Shown here: positions 30,315-41,280 of the stretch, piece by piece
How positions within the stretch are numbered: position 1 is the first letter of the stretch
Layout of the letters: every line of letters starts with the position of its first letter
Origin: an uncultured Actinomycetota bacterium
Lineage (GTDB): Bacteria; Actinomycetota; Actinomycetes; JAHEKZ01
Assembly: GCA_963829525.1 (NCBI GenBank)
Contig: CAWHIJ010000003.1
Span: 288,001-352,000 of the forward strand
Length of the DNA: 64,000 nucleotides
Direction of reading: 5' to 3'
The notes under the pieces: model-generated
The model's database searches: none
What the model saw: only the letters and a program-made list of their open reading frames with translations
What the model was told of the DNA's origin: nothing
Position numbers and translations under genes: made by a program

Positions 30315-32324
30315 GTGCGCCGTCTGAGCCTTACCGGGACATTCGCTGTGGTCAGCCTGACGACCATGGTGCTGTTGGCGCTGGTCCTGACGTGGCTCGT
30401 CGCGAACACACTCCAGCGCCAGGCTCAACGAGACGGTGAGCAGGTGGCCGAGGTTTTCGTGTCCCAGGGCGTGCAGTCGAAGATCGACACTGAGTCGGTG
30501 GGGTTTTGGAAGAACCCGAACGATGTGTCACCAGCTGTCGTTGGATCCTTGGACAACATCGTGAGGGCCAACAATGTTCAGGTGCTCAACAGTCTCTCGC
30601 TGTACAGCACCGCCGGTGAGCCGCTGTGGACCAGCATGGGGACCACGGCCGATGCCCCTGCCCTCGACATGGACCGGGCGAGCAGAGCTGTAGAAGTCCT
30701 CGAGCCTGTTTCCACAGTTGTGGACGCTCCTCAGGGGCGAAGCCTTGAGGTGACGGTTCCCGTTGTTTACGGTGACCGGCTCGCTGGCGTCTACGGCTTC
30801 GCGCAGGTGAACGTCCCATGGGAGTCGACCGAGTCGACTGTCTGGCGTGCCGTTCTGACCGTCGCAGCCGTGATCAGCGTGATCGCCCTGCTGGCTTGGC
30901 TCCTTCTCTACCGCACGGTGCACCGAGCGAGTGCAACCCTGCGCTCGCAGGCAAGCGAGAACGAACACTTGGCGTTGCACGACGCGCTCACAGGGCTGCC
31001 GAACCGCCGCCTGCTGCAGGACCGGCTCGATCGTGCGATCACGGCGTCGGAACGTTCTGGCAAGAATCTTGCACTCATGATCTTGGACGTTGACCGGTTC
31101 AAGGAGGTTAACGACACGCTCGGCCACGACCGCGGGGACGCTTTGCTGATCGAGGTTGCCAAGCGGCTGAGCGAAGTGGTCCGGGACGCTGACACCGTTG
31201 CACGCCTCGGCGGTGATGAGTTCGCCGTGCTGGCTCCGGAAGTCGGTGGACTGCTCTACGCCGAGCGGCTCGCGAGCCGGGTGCACTCCGCATTCGACGA
31301 GCCGTTCCAGGTCGGAGACTTGCACTTGCACGTCGAGTCGAGCATCGGTATCGCCCTGCTGCCCGACCATGCCGAGAATGCCACCGTGCTCATGCAACGG
31401 GCAGATACGGCGATGTACGCGGCCAAGTCCACCCATCTTGGTGCGCTCCTCTACCGTCCCGGCGAAGGAGGGAACTCGACGGAGCGACTGCAGCTTCTCG
31501 GCGACCTTCGAAATGCGTTGGGCACGCAGCAGCTGTCGATCAACTACCAGCCCAAGATCGATCTCGGCTCCGGCGAGGTAATGGGTACTGAGGCCCTGCT
31601 GCGATGGAACCACCCCGAGCGCGGCAACATCCCGCCCAACGACTTCATCCCGCTTGCCGAAAACACCGGGCTGATCCAGGGGCTCACCCGCTATGTGCTT
31701 GAGATGGTCTGCGCACAGATGGCGGAGTGGGACCGAGTGGACACCGACTTTGCCCACTTGCCGGTCGCGGTGAACCTTTCGGCACGCAACTTGTTGGAGC
31801 CCAACTTCGATGAGTTCCTCGAGGACATCTTGGCGAGTCATCTGATCGAGCCGGAACGCCTCGAGCTCGAGGTCACCGAGAGCGCTCTGATCGAGGACCC
31901 GATTCGCAGCCACCAGATGCTGCACAAGATTGCTGCTCTCGGCGTCACCCTTGCTGTTGACGACTTCGGCACCGGCTACACCTCGATGTCTCAGCTGGAG
32001 CAGATGCCGCTCTCGACCTTGAAGATCGACCGCTCCTTCACCTCACGACTCGCCGACGACCCCGCTGGGGCCACTCTGGTCAAGGCCATGGTCGACCTCG
32101 CCCACGAGTTCGGCCTCGAGGTCGTGGCCGAGGGTGTCGAGGACGCCGAGGTCACGGCTCGGCTGCGTGAGCTCGGTTGCGACATCGGTCAGGGCTTCCT
32201 GTGGTCACGCCCGGTCACATCCGATGACCTGCCCGACGTCCTCCTCCAGCTCTCGTTCCAGCGACGGCCCCCGAAGGGCAGCAGCTCGACTGCCGAAGTC
32301 GAGCCAGCCCACTCGCCCAGCTGA
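30315..32324 (+). CDS. Membrane diguanylate cyclase/phosphodiesterase (GGDEF-EAL)
   Basis: Two TMs around an extracellular domain; intact GGDEF with RxxD (RDAD); EAL and DDFGTG intact; start approximate. Confidence 0.93.
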   Translation: MRRLSLTGTFAVVSLTTMVLLALVLTWLVANTLQRQAQRDGEQVAEVFVSQGVQSKIDTESVGFWKNPNDVSPAVVGSLDNIVRANNVQVLNSLSLYSTAGEPLWTSMGTTADAPALDMDRASRAVEVLEPVSTVVDAPQGRSLEVTVPVVYGDRLAGVYGFAQVNVPWESTESTVWRAVLTVAAVISVIALLAWLLLYRTVHRASATLRSQASENEHLALHDALTGLPNRRLLQDRLDRAITASERSGKNLALMILDVDRFKEVNDTLGHDRGDALLIEVAKRLSEVVRDADTVARLGGDEFAVLAPEVGGLLYAERLASRVHSAFDEPFQVGDLHLHVESSIGIALLPDHAENATVLMQRADTAMYAAKSTHLGALLYRPGEGGNSTERLQLLGDLRNALGTQQLSINYQPKIDLGSGEVMGTEALLRWNHPERGNIPPNDFIPLAENTGLIQGLTRYVLEMVCAQMAEWDRVDTDFAHLPVAVNLSARNLLEPNFDEFLEDILASHLIEPERLELEVTESALIEDPIRSHQMLHKIAALGVTLAVDDFGTGYTSMSQLEQMPLSTLKIDRSFTSRLADDPAGATLVKAMVDLAHEFGLEVVAEGVEDAEVTARLRELGCDIGQGFLWSRPVTSDDLPDVLLQLSFQRRPPKGSSSTAEVEPAHSPS

Positions 32325-32334
32325 CCCCCACTAC

Positions 32335-32410
32335 CGCCGAGTGCACAGCAGGTCGACACCCCAGCCCACCGAGTGCGCATCAGGTTGACGGATTTCTCTG
32401 TCGAGTGCGA
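32335..32410 (+). repeat. Dispersed 32-bp period repeat, copy A
   Basis: CGAGTGC at 32338, 32370, 32402 with GGT(C/T)GAC between; aligns with the reverse complement of 40770..40846. Confidence 0.7.
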
Positions 32411-32435
32411 ACCGAGGTGTCGGTAGGCTCCCCTC

Positions 32436-33704
32436 GTGCTCGATCTCAAGATTCTTCGTGATGACCCGGACGCCGTGCGTCGCTCGCAGACGGCCCGCGG
32501 TGAGGATCCCTCGCTCGTCGACGCCGCTCTTGCTGCTGACGAGCAGCGTAGGGCAGCCATTGCCGGTTACGAGCAGCTCCGCTCGGAACAAAAGGCGCTC
32601 GGCAAGCAGGTGGCTACCGCGCAGGGTGAAGCCAAGCAAGTGTTGCTCGCGCGGACGAAGGAGCTCTCCGGTCAGGTGAAACTGGCCGAGGCTTCGGCGC
32701 GTGAGGCTGAGGATGCGCTGACCGGCGTTCAGCTGCAACTCTCGAACGTCGTTGAACCCGACGCTCCGGTCGGCGGTGAAGATGACTTCACCGTCCTCGA
32801 TCACGTGGGCGCTCCGCGAGACTTCGCGGCAGAAGGGTTCGAGCCGCGCGATCACGTCGACCTCGGCAAGCTGCTCGGCGCCATCGACGTCGAGCGCGGA
32901 GCGAAGGTGTCGGGCAGCCGATTCTTCTATCTCACCGGACCTGGTGCACTTCTCGAGCTCGCGCTCATCAATCTCGCGGTGAAGCAGGCGGTAACAGCTG
33001 GGTTCACCCCGATGGTGACGCCGGTCCTGGTCAAGCCACCGGCGATGGAAGGCACCGGATTCCTTGGGCAGGCGGCGGAGAACGTCTTCCATCTCGAACA
33101 GGACGACTTCTACCTCGTGGGCACCTCCGAGGTTTCCCTCGCCGCGTACCACTCCGACGAGATCCTGGACGCGAGCTCATTACCGCTGCGCTACGCAGGA
33201 ATCTCAACGTGCTTCCGCCGCGAGGCCGGCACCTACGGCAAAGATACCCGCGGAATCATTCGCGTCCACCAGTTCGACAAGATCGAGATGTTCACGTTCT
33301 GCAAGCCCGAGGACGCGGTCGCCGAGCACCAGCGGTTGCTTGCGTGGGAGAAGCAGTTCCTGGATCAACTCGAGCTGCCTTACCGCGTGATCGACGTTGC
33401 TACGGGCGACCTCGGTTCAAGTGCCGCGCGGAAGTTCGACATCGAGGCGTGGATTCCGACCCAGGGCAAGTACCGCGAGGTCACCTCGACATCCAACTGC
33501 ACCGAGTTCCAGGCCCGACGGCTTGGCGTCCGGATGCGCGACGGCGACAGGACCAGCCCGGTTGCCACGTTGAACGGAACACTCGTGGCGATCCCGCGGG
33601 TGATTGTCGCAATCCTCGAGAACCACCAGCAGGAGGATGGGTCGGTACGCGTGCCCGCTCCGCTGCAGGCCACTCTCGGCACCGAGGTCATCCCACCCAG
33701 GTGA
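32436..33704 (+). CDS. serS: Serine--tRNA ligase
   Basis: MLDLK N-terminal coiled coil, [33 protein letters not shown]. Confidence 0.97.
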   Translation: MLDLKILRDDPDAVRRSQTARGEDPSLVDAALAADEQRRAAIAGYEQLRSEQKALGKQVATAQGEAKQVLLARTKELSGQVKLAEASAREAEDALTGVQLQLSNVVEPDAPVGGEDDFTVLDHVGAPRDFAAEGFEPRDHVDLGKLLGAIDVERGAKVSGSRFFYLTGPGALLELALINLAVKQAVTAGFTPMVTPVLVKPPAMEGTGFLGQAAENVFHLEQDDFYLVGTSEVSLAAYHSDEILDASSLPLRYAGISTCFRREAGTYGKDTRGIIRVHQFDKIEMFTFCKPEDAVAEHQRLLAWEKQFLDQLELPYRVIDVATGDLGSSAARKFDIEAWIPTQGKYREVTSTSNCTEFQARRLGVRMRDGDRTSPVATLNGTLVAIPRVIVAILENHQQEDGSVRVPAPLQATLGTEVIPPR

Positions 33705-33767
33705 GGGCACCTTGTGTCAACCCGTGACACTCTTGCCGGGTGACGTCGCGAACCGAGGGGCGCTGAG

Positions 33768-35538
33768 GTGGCGACGAGTGTGAAGGGGCCACGCGCTGGC
33801 CGCGCAGAACGACTGCTCGGCTACGTCCCGGGGATTGCCGCCGTCACGTCCTACGAACGGTCCTGGCTCGGCAAGGACATCGTGGCTGGGCTCGTGCTCT
33901 CCGCGCTGCTGGTGCCGCAGGGCATGGCCTATGCCGAGCTGGCGGGGCTGCCGGCGATCACCGGTCTGTACACATCGATCCTCTGCCTTGTCGGCTACGC
34001 GATCTTCGGCCCCTCCCGGGTGCTCGTCCTTGGCCCGGACTCGTCTCTCGGTCCGATGATCGCGGCAACGATCGCCCCCCTACTGCTGGCCGACGGTGAC
34101 CCAGCACGGGCTGTGGCGCTGGCCTCGTTCCTTGGCATCCTCGTCGGCGTCATCATGACGGTCGCCGGTGTTGCCAAGTTCGGCTTCGTCGCCGACCTGC
34201 TCTCCAAGCCGACACAGATCGGCTACCTCAACGGCCTAGCCCTGACGATCATCGTCGGGCAGCTCCCCAAGCTGCTCGGGTTCTCGGTGGATGCCGATGG
34301 GCTCATCGACGAGTTCCGTGGATTCGTGCAGGGAGTGGCAGATGGTGCCACGAACAGCATCGCGGCCCTTATCGGCATCTCGTCGCTGGTCGGCATCCTG
34401 CTTCTGCAGCGCCTGATGCCGAGGGTTCCTGCCGTTCTCGTCGCGGTGGTGCTCGCGTCCATTGCGGTCAATGTACTCAACCTCGAGGACGACGGCGTCG
34501 ACACCATCGGTGTTCTCCCTCAGGGATTCCCCCCGTTCACGATTCCGGACGTCAGCCTGTCCGACATCTCCATGCTGCTGGTTGGCGCGGTGTCCATCGC
34601 GCTCATCGCACTTGCCGACACGATGTCGACCGCATCGTCATTCGCGGCACGGCATGGTGCAGCGAGTGCGGGGCAACCAGGAGATGATCGGGATAGGTGC
34701 CGCCAATATCGCGGCTGGATTCTTCCAGGGGTTCCCGGTCAGCACGAGCGGATCGCGTACAGCGGTAGCCGATAGTGCCGGGTCTCGGTCGCAGGTGACC
34801 GGTCTCGTCGGGGCGGCCGTCATCACGATCGTCATCGTCTTCGCCACCGAGGTGATGCAGTACGTCCCACAGCCGACGCTCGGCGCGGTCGTGATTGCGG
34901 CTGCGTTTTCTCTGGCAGACATCCCTGCGACGCGTCGGCTCTGGCATCAGCGGCGGGTGGAGTTCATCCTGTCGATGATCGCGCTGCTTGGAGTTGCGCT
35001 TCTCGGGGTGCTTCCCGGCATCGTGATCGCTGTGGGCCTGTCCATCCTCAACGTTTTTCGACAGGTGTGGTGGCCGCATCAAGCAGAACTGGGACGGGTC
35101 GATGGCATCGCTGGGATGCACGACACCGCGAGCTATCCGGGCGCCGACCAGCTCCCCGGTTTGATCATCTACCGGTTCGACGCGCCCCTCATCTTCGCGA
35201 ACTCCCGGATGTTCGCCGAAGAGATGCGTGCTATCGCCGAAGAACGTGTGGACGTGAAGTGGATCCTGATCGCTGCAGAGCCGATCACCGACGTCGACAC
35301 GACGGCCTCGGACATGTTGGCAGACCTCGATAAGTGGCTGAATGAGCGGGGCGTCTCGCTGGTGTTCGCCGAAATGAAGGATCCGGTACGAGAGAAGATC
35401 GAGAGGTATGAGCTGACGCGTACCATCGATCCCGCTCACTTCTTCCCCACCCTGGATGACGCTGTCGCCCGCTATCGCAAGGAGACTGGAGCATCCTGGG
35501 AACGACCGGAGGCACCACATGACCCACAGTCGCGCTGA
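33768..35538 (+). pseudogene. SulP family anion transporter with STAS domain, frameshifted near 34659
   Basis: DIVAGL, VPQGMAYAELAGLP in ORF 33768..34775; NQEMIGIGAANI, SGSRT and STAS in ORF 34462..35538. One extra G (cat ggt G cag cga); may be a sequencing error. Confidence 0.85.
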
Positions 35539-36877
35539 ACACCCTCCACCGAGACAGCGCCTGGCGGCAGTGGTGGCGCTGGCAGCTCTGGCCGTCACGG
35601 TGGCCGTTCTCGTTGGCGCGCTGTCTCACCGCTGGGAGGTGCTTGTTGCCAGCGTGCTCTCGTTGGGCGTCGCTGTGTTCGGTTCTTGGTTCGTGCTGAC
35701 GCGAAGGGGCGCCAAGCGAATCGCCGCGATTGTCGTGGTCGTTGCGGGACTGGCTGTCTTTGTCGGTGTTCTGGTCGCTAGCAAGAGCGTGTGGGTCCTT
35801 GTCGTTGCCCTCGCACTTGCTGCTCTCTCGGTCGCCGCCACTGGTGTGGCTTTCTCGGCGGCCGACGCCGCCGTGAAGGGTGTTGAAGCGGGCGCACCAC
35901 GTCCCCAGCGTCCGGTGCTGCTGATGAACCCCCGGTCAGGGGGAGGGAAGGCGGAGAGGTTCGACCTGCCCGCCCGGTGTCGTGAGCGCGGAATCGAACC
36001 GATTGTTCTGCAGCCAGGTGACGACCTTCTCGCGCTCGCTGAGGATACGATCGCCCGAGGGGCTGATGTCATCGGCATGGCCGGAGGCGATGGGTCGCAG
36101 GCACTTGTTGCCTCCGTTGCGAGCAAACATGGCGTTCCCCACGTTGTGATTCCCGCCGGAACCCGCAACCACTTTGCCCGTGACCTCGGCCTCGACCGTG
36201 ACGACGTAGTCGGGGCGATGGGTGCCTTCGTGGACGGCGTCGAGCAAGTGATCGATCTCGCCGAGGTCAACGGACGTGTCTTCGTCAATAACGCTTCGAT
36301 GGGTGTCTACGCGAAGGTCGTGCAGTCGGCTGAGTACCGGGATGCGAAAGTGAAGACGGCGGCGAAGGAACTGCCCGAAATCCTCGGACCAGATGCCACA
36401 CCGCTGGACGTGCGGTTCACCCTGCCCTCCGGAGAGGAAGCCGAGACTGCCCAGCTCATCCTGGTGTCGAACAACACGTACGAGCTGAGTCACCTGTACG
36501 GCGTAGGCACGCGAGCGCGTATGGATGCCGGCCAGCTGGGAGTCGTGACCGTCCAGGTGAACGGCGCTGTCGACGCTGAGAAGCTCGTGGCACTCGAGGC
36601 GGTCGGTCAGGTCCAGCGGTTCGGCGGCTGGCAGCAGTGGGGGGCACCGGAATTCGAGGTGCGCTCCAGTGGACCGGTGGAGATCGGTGTGGACGGTGAG
36701 GCACTGAGCATGGATGCTCCGCTGCGCTTCACGATTCGCGCCGGGGCTTTGCGGGTTCGCCTCCCCCGAAACGCCCCGGGATTACCTCCGGCGGTGCAGG
36801 TGGCGGCGCGTTCAACGGGAAACACCTTGTCCGACCTCTTCAAGGTTGCCCTCGGCCATCCCGTGGGATCAGCGTGA
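35519..36877 (+). CDS. Diacylglycerol kinase (YegS/DAGK-like) with N-terminal TMs
   Basis: NPRSGGG, AGGDGS, IPAGTRNHFA, VDGE motifs. Confidence 0.88.
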   Translation: MTHSRAEHPPPRQRLAAVVALAALAVTVAVLVGALSHRWEVLVASVLSLGVAVFGSWFVLTRRGAKRIAAIVVVVAGLAVFVGVLVASKSVWVLVVALALAALSVAATGVAFSAADAAVKGVEAGAPRPQRPVLLMNPRSGGGKAERFDLPARCRERGIEPIVLQPGDDLLALAEDTIARGADVIGMAGGDGSQALVASVASKHGVPHVVIPAGTRNHFARDLGLDRDDVVGAMGAFVDGVEQVIDLAEVNGRVFVNNASMGVYAKVVQSAEYRDAKVKTAAKELPEILGPDATPLDVRFTLPSGEEAETAQLILVSNNTYELSHLYGVGTRARMDAGQLGVVTVQVNGAVDAEKLVALEAVGQVQRFGGWQQWGAPEFEVRSSGPVEIGVDGEALSMDAPLRFTIRAGALRVRLPRNAPGLPPAVQVAARSTGNTLSDLFKVALGHPVGSA

Positions 36878-37542
36878 CGGCCGACACAACACAGCCACCT
36901 GAGGATCGCCTCGCTGATCACATCGAGGCGCGCATCGACGCTGGACTGGCCGCGACAACCCCGGTCCGCGCGTCGACGGCCCGCCTTCTGCGCCGGTTGG
37001 GTCGCTGGGACCTGGCGGTTTACCGCGTTGTCGCCGCGACGTCGACGCCGGTTCTCGACGCTCCCCTGCGCAGGCTGTCGGACTTCGCCAACCACTCCAA
37101 ACCCTGGTTCGTGGTGGCTGCAGGTCTCGGGGTGGCCGGAGGACCACGGGGCCGTCAGGCCGCTGCGACCGGCGTTGCCGCGATCGGGATCACGTCCTTG
37201 GTGGTAAACCAGCCGATGAAGCTGGCTGGAGATCGTCCCCGCCCGGACCGTGAAGGGATGGGAGTTCCTGAGGAGCGGTGGGTGCACATGCCTACCTCCA
37301 GCTCGTTCCCGTCGGGGCACTCGGCGTCTGCTGTGGCTTTCGCCGTCGCCGTTGGCGACGTGATGCCATCGTTGCGGCTTCCGTTGCGGTTGGCGGGAGG
37401 GGTTGTCGCCTTCTCCCGCGTGTATACCGGAGTCCACTACCCGGGAGACGTGGTCGCCGGCGTCGTGTCGGGTGTGCTGATCGGAAAGTCGACGGTACGA
37501 GTGGGGCGTCGCATTGCGGCTCGCCGAGCCACCCTCAGATAG
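36874..37542 (+). CDS. PAP2 family phosphatase
   Basis: K....RPRP, FPSGH, SRVYTGVHYPGDV motifs. Confidence 0.92.
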   Translation: MTADTTQPPEDRLADHIEARIDAGLAATTPVRASTARLLRRLGRWDLAVYRVVAATSTPVLDAPLRRLSDFANHSKPWFVVAAGLGVAGGPRGRQAAATGVAAIGITSLVVNQPMKLAGDRPRPDREGMGVPEERWVHMPTSSSFPSGHSASAVAFAVAVGDVMPSLRLPLRLAGGVVAFSRVYTGVHYPGDVVAGVVSGVLIGKSTVRVGRRIAARRATLR

Positions 37543-37803
37543 CGACAACCACCTTGCCGCGGGCGTGCCCCTGCTGAACGTGACGGACGGCGTCCGCCGC
37601 TTGTTCGATTGGATAGACGGCGTCAATGACTGGTGACAATTTGCCGGACTCCACCAACTCGACGATCGCCTCGAGGTCTGCCAACCTGCGGCCGGCCAAC
37701 ATCGGTTTGAGTGTCTGGGAAACGAACGGTGACGTCGCAACCACCCGCACCTGCCGACCCATGCCGAGCCATTTGCCGGTCGACGCAGCACCGACCAAGA
37801 CCC
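37535..37803 (-). pseudogene. C-terminal remnant of an NAD(P)-dependent MDR/quinone oxidoreductase
   Basis: SPFVSQ..LVESGKLSPVIDAVYPIEQAADAVRHVQQGHARGKVVV is an MDR C-terminus; similarity stops where the repeats begin. Confidence 0.75.
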
Positions 37804-37804
37804 G

Positions 37805-37995
37805 GACCGCACTTCCTCTATGCCAGGACCGCAGCAGACCCACGAGACCGCACTTCTTATGCCAGACCGCACTTCCCTTATGCCAGACGCAATGCCAGAC
37901 CGCACTTCCCCTTGTGGAGGATTCCGTGCGGTTTCGGGCTTGAAAATGGTCCGTCACCGCACGCGATCCCCCAGTGGAGGATTTCGTGCGGTGAC
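37805..37995. repeat. Degenerate GACCGCACTTCC(C)TTATGCCA tandem repeats plus two ACCGCAC...GTGCGGT hairpins
   Basis: GACCGCACTTC at 37805, 37846, 37865, 37898; GTGGAGGATT(C/T)CGTGCGGT at 37914 and 37974. Confidence 0.75.
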
Positions 37996-38013
37996 AGGGG
38001 TCGTGACGGCGCC

Positions 38014-39378
38014 CTAGACGGCGGGGACGGTGGCCAATGCTGCGGCGAATCGCTCCTCGGACACCGGTTCGTCGGTCATCCGGCCGTCGAGGTAGGCGTC
38101 GTAGGCGGCCAGGTCGAAGTGGCCGTGGCCGCAGAGCGCGGTGAGGATCACCTTCTCTTCACCGGTCTCCTTGCAGCGCAGCGCTTCACGCACCGTCTCG
38201 GCGAGCGCATGGGTCGGCTCAGGTGCCGGCACGATGCCTTCAGTCCGGGCGAACTGGAGCCCGGCGGCGAAGCACTCGCTCTGGCCGATCGCCACGGCGT
38301 CCATCAGCCCGAGCTCGTAGACGTGTGAGATCAGCGGGGCCATGCCGTGGTAGCGCAGCCCACCGGCGTGAATCGGGTCTGGCACGAAGTCGTGGCCGAG
38401 GGTATGCATCTTCATAAGTGGCGTCATGCCGGCGGCGTCACCGAAGTCGTACGCGTATCTGCCGTGCGTGAGGGAGGGGCATGACGCCGGTTCGACGGCG
38501 CGGATGTGCGGGTTGATCTTGCCGGCCAGCTTCTCACGCAGGAAGGGGAACGAGAGGCCGGCAAAGTTGGATCCGCCACCGGTGCATCCGACGATGACGT
38601 CCGGCGTCTCGCCAATCTTGGCGAACTGCAGCAGCGCCTCTTCACCGATGATTGTCTGGTGCATGAGGACGTGGTTGAGCACCGAGCCGAGCGCATACCG
38701 CGTCTCTGGTTCGGTCACGGCGACCTCGACGGCCTCACTGATAGCGATGCCGAGGGAACCGGTGTGGTTCGGGTCGGCGGCAAGGTAGGCGCGTCCGGCC
38801 TGCGTCAGCTCAGATGGTGAACGGTGCACCTTGGCGCCGAACGTCTCGATCATCATGCGGCGGTAGGGCTTCTGGTCGTAAGACGCCCCGACCTGCCAGA
38901 CGTCACACTCGATGCCGAACATTGAGCACGCAAGCGCAAGCGCCGTTCCCCACTGTCCGGCCCCCGTCTCGGTGGTGAGCTTGGTGACGCCTGCCTTGGC
39001 GTTGTAGAACGCCTGCGGCACGGCGGTGTTGGGCTTGTGCGATCCAGCCGGTGAAACACCCTCGTACTTGTAGTAGATCCGCGCGGGAGTACCGAGCGCT
39101 TCCTCGAGGCGGTGCGCACGGAACAGGGGGGACGGACGCCAGAGGCGGTAGATGTCCTGTACTTCATCGGGGATGTCAATGAACCGCTCCGACGAAACCT
39201 CTTGCAGGATGAGGTCCATCGGGAAGAGTGGTGCGAGGTCATCAGGGCCGACGGGCTCGTGCGTTCCGGGGTGCAGCGGAGGCGGTGGAGGAGCCGGCAG
39301 GTCGGGCACGATGTTGTACCACTGTGTAGGCATCTCGGACTCATCGAGAACGATCTTGTGCTGCTTCGGCGCTGACAT
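38014..39378 (-). CDS. trpB2: TrpB2-type PLP enzyme (stand-alone tryptophan synthase beta)
   Basis: [49 protein letters not shown]. Confidence 0.92.
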   Translation of the reverse strand: MSAPKQHKIVLDESEMPTQWYNIVPDLPAPPPPPLHPGTHEPVGPDDLAPLFPMDLILQEVSSERFIDIPDEVQDIYRLWRPSPLFRAHRLEEALGTPARIYYKYEGVSPAGSHKPNTAVPQAFYNAKAGVTKLTTETGAGQWGTALALACSMFGIECDVWQVGASYDQKPYRRMMIETFGAKVHRSPSELTQAGRAYLAADPNHTGSLGIAISEAVEVAVTEPETRYALGSVLNHVLMHQTIIGEEALLQFAKIGETPDVIVGCTGGGSNFAGLSFPFLREKLAGKINPHIRAVEPASCPSLTHGRYAYDFGDAAGMTPLMKMHTLGHDFVPDPIHAGGLRYHGMAPLISHVYELGLMDAVAIGQSECFAAGLQFARTEGIVPAPEPTHALAETVREALRCKETGEEKVILTALCGHGHFDLAAYDAYLDGRMTDEPVSEERFAAALATVPAV

Positions 39379-39431
39379 GTGCTGCCCCTCTCGTCACTCG
39401 AACCCTAGCGAGGGGAGGACACAATGGTCGG

Positions 39432-40232
39432 GTGGACCTCCGACCTCGGCTCATCGCCACGGACCTCGACGGCACCATCGTTAACCACGACGGGTCGGTG
39501 TCGGCGCGGGTCGTGGATGTCCTGGCTGCGGCAATGGACGCCGGTATCCGCGTCGTCTTCGTCACCGGGCGGCCACCCCGATGGATGCACGAGGTGGCCG
39601 AAACGACTGGCCACAGCGGCGTGGGGATCTGCGGAAACGGTGCGTTTGTGTACGACATGAAGACCGAGCGCGTACTCGAGCTGTTCGGCATGTCTCGTGA
39701 GGTGGCGGTCGAAGCGGTCGAACGGGTCCAGGAGGTGCTACCCAGCTCGGCCTTCGCGGTTGAGTCGCTGTCGGGGTTCAGCTATGAGCCCGCCTACAAG
39801 CCGCGCTGGGACGTCCACGAGCCAACGACCACGGGTCCGATCCATGGACTGCTGACAGGTGAGGTGGCCAAGCTGCTGGTACGGGACGAGGTCATACCCG
39901 GTGACGCGATGCTCGAGGTCGCCGCCCCCGTCCTTGTTGGTGTGGTTGAGGTGACCCACTCGAATGTCAACGACTCCCTGCTGGAGTTGAGCGCGCTCGG
40001 AGTCACGAAGGGAACGACGCTGGCCAAGCTCGCGGCCGACTGGGGAATCGCGCAGGACGAGGTCGTCGCCTTTGGTGACATGCCGAACGACGTCGACATG
40101 CTGCGTTGGGCCGGGCGTGGATATGCGGTGGGCAATGCACATCCGTCCGTGCTTTCGGTGGCCGACGAACGCGCGCCATCGATCGATGAGGACGGCGTAG
40201 CCCAGGTGCTGGAACGGCTGCTTGCCCTCTAG
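39432..40232 (+). CDS. Cof-type HAD-IIB hydrolase
   Basis: DLDGT, VTGR, NGA, KG, FGDMPND motifs. Confidence 0.92.
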   Translation: MDLRPRLIATDLDGTIVNHDGSVSARVVDVLAAAMDAGIRVVFVTGRPPRWMHEVAETTGHSGVGICGNGAFVYDMKTERVLELFGMSREVAVEAVERVQEVLPSSAFAVESLSGFSYEPAYKPRWDVHEPTTTGPIHGLLTGEVAKLLVRDEVIPGDAMLEVAAPVLVGVVEVTHSNVNDSLLELSALGVTKGTTLAKLAADWGIAQDEVVAFGDMPNDVDMLRWAGRGYAVGNAHPSVLSVADERAPSIDEDGVAQVLERLLAL

Positions 40233-40714
40233 TGCGCCTTGACGCGCAGCGTCTCGACGTTGAAGTGGCGGCGGATCTTGGCCGCGAGGTCGGTCGCCGT
40301 GAGTTCGTTGAGGTGGCGGTGACGGACCATCACGACGACCTCGTCTGGGTTGTGGTGGGCCACCAGGTCACCGATCGAGTCCAGTGGGTGGTTCGGGGTG
40401 ACGACGCCTTCAGCGGTGGCGCCAGCATCGGTGAGTGCCTGGACGGAGGCTGCGAGCACCTTCTCCGCATCATGTTGAGCGATCGCACCGGGGTTGTACT
40501 CAGCGTCCGCCAGTGACCTCGTACCAACCCCACGACCAGCGGCGACGCCGAGTTCCCAGTCGTTGACGACTGCGCCCATCGAAGACGACGTCGGTTCTTC
40601 GGGAACCGCGACGTAGAAACTCACCTTTGCGGCATCTCCGCCAGCGATGTCGACGAGCCCGCCAGCATCCTCGGCGGTGAGCGGGTGTGTGGTGACGACT
40701 ACGACGGTACTCAT
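40229..40714 (-). CDS. Conserved hypothetical protein, USP-like fold suspected
   Basis: GGAGG RBS; AEKVLAASVQAL..AGATAEG...PL......DEVVV pattern resembles USP-like alpha/beta proteins. Confidence 0.65.
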   Translation of the reverse strand: MSTVVVVTTHPLTAEDAGGLVDIAGGDAAKVSFYVAVPEEPTSSSMGAVVNDWELGVAAGRGVGTRSLADAEYNPGAIAQHDAEKVLAASVQALTDAGATAEGVVTPNHPLDSIGDLVAHHNPDEVVVMVRHRHLNELTATDLAAKIRRHFNVETLRVKAH

Positions 40715-40769
40715 GAATCCTCCACGACTCAGGTGACTGCGGAAGTCAAGCACACTAGGGAAGGCCCCG

Positions 40770-40846
40770 GTGCACTCGGCGCCGAAAGACGTCAATCTGG
40801 CTGAACACTCGGCAGGCCTTGGCGTCAACCCGGTGTGCACTCGGCG
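40770..40846 (-). repeat. Dispersed 32-33 bp period repeat, copy B
   Basis: CACTCGGC three times on + with CGTCAA between; reverse complement aligns with 32335..32410. Confidence 0.7.
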
Positions 40847-40875
40847 AGCTTGGTGGTTGGCCCCGACGCGGGTCC

Positions 40876-41280
40876 TCAGGCGTCGGGCTGCTTGCGGATG
40901 TGCTCCTTGGGGATGACCGTGGTGCCCGTGGCACGGCAGACCACGATCGGCTCCTTGAGCACATCGGCGGCGCTGGGGGTCAGGTCGTAGCGGGACGCGA
41001 TGATCTTTCGAGCTTCGAACTCGACCGTACGGCTGGTGTTGCCGATCTTCGTGACGCGTCCGGTGGCCTCGATGAAGTCGCCAGCGTAGACAGGCGCCGT
41101 GAACTCGATGTTCGAGTAGCCGACGAACAGCCCCTCGTCGCCGTCGGTGATCACGGCGATCTCGGTGATGACGTCGCCGAAGAGCTTGAGCATGCGAGCA
41201 CCCTCGACGAGGTTGCCCCCGTAGTGCGCCTCCTCCTGGCCGATGCGGACGCGGAGGGTTGAGGTGATCTCGCTGGTCAC
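40876..41280 (-). CDS. Hotdog-fold aminoacyl-CoA ammonia-lyase (Kal 3-aminobutyryl-CoA / Acl beta-alanyl-CoA family)
   Basis: [57 protein letters not shown] match the Kal/Acl family as I recall it. Confidence 0.88.
   Translation of the reverse strand: MTSEITSTLRVRIGQEEAHYGGNLVEGARMLKLFGDVITEIAVITDGDEGLFVGYSNIEFTAPVYAGDFIEATGRVTKIGNTSRTVEFEARKIIASRYDLTPSAADVLKEPIVVCRATGTTVIPKEHIRKQPDA

Noticed and set aside
32335-32410. 32-bp periodic repeat as CRISPR
   Set aside because: The period is far too short for repeat plus spacer and units are degenerate; kept as a dispersed repeat.
37805-37995. Possible mini-CRISPR array
   Set aside because: Repeats are irregular, nearly abutting, lack unique 30-40 nt spacers, and no cas genes are present.
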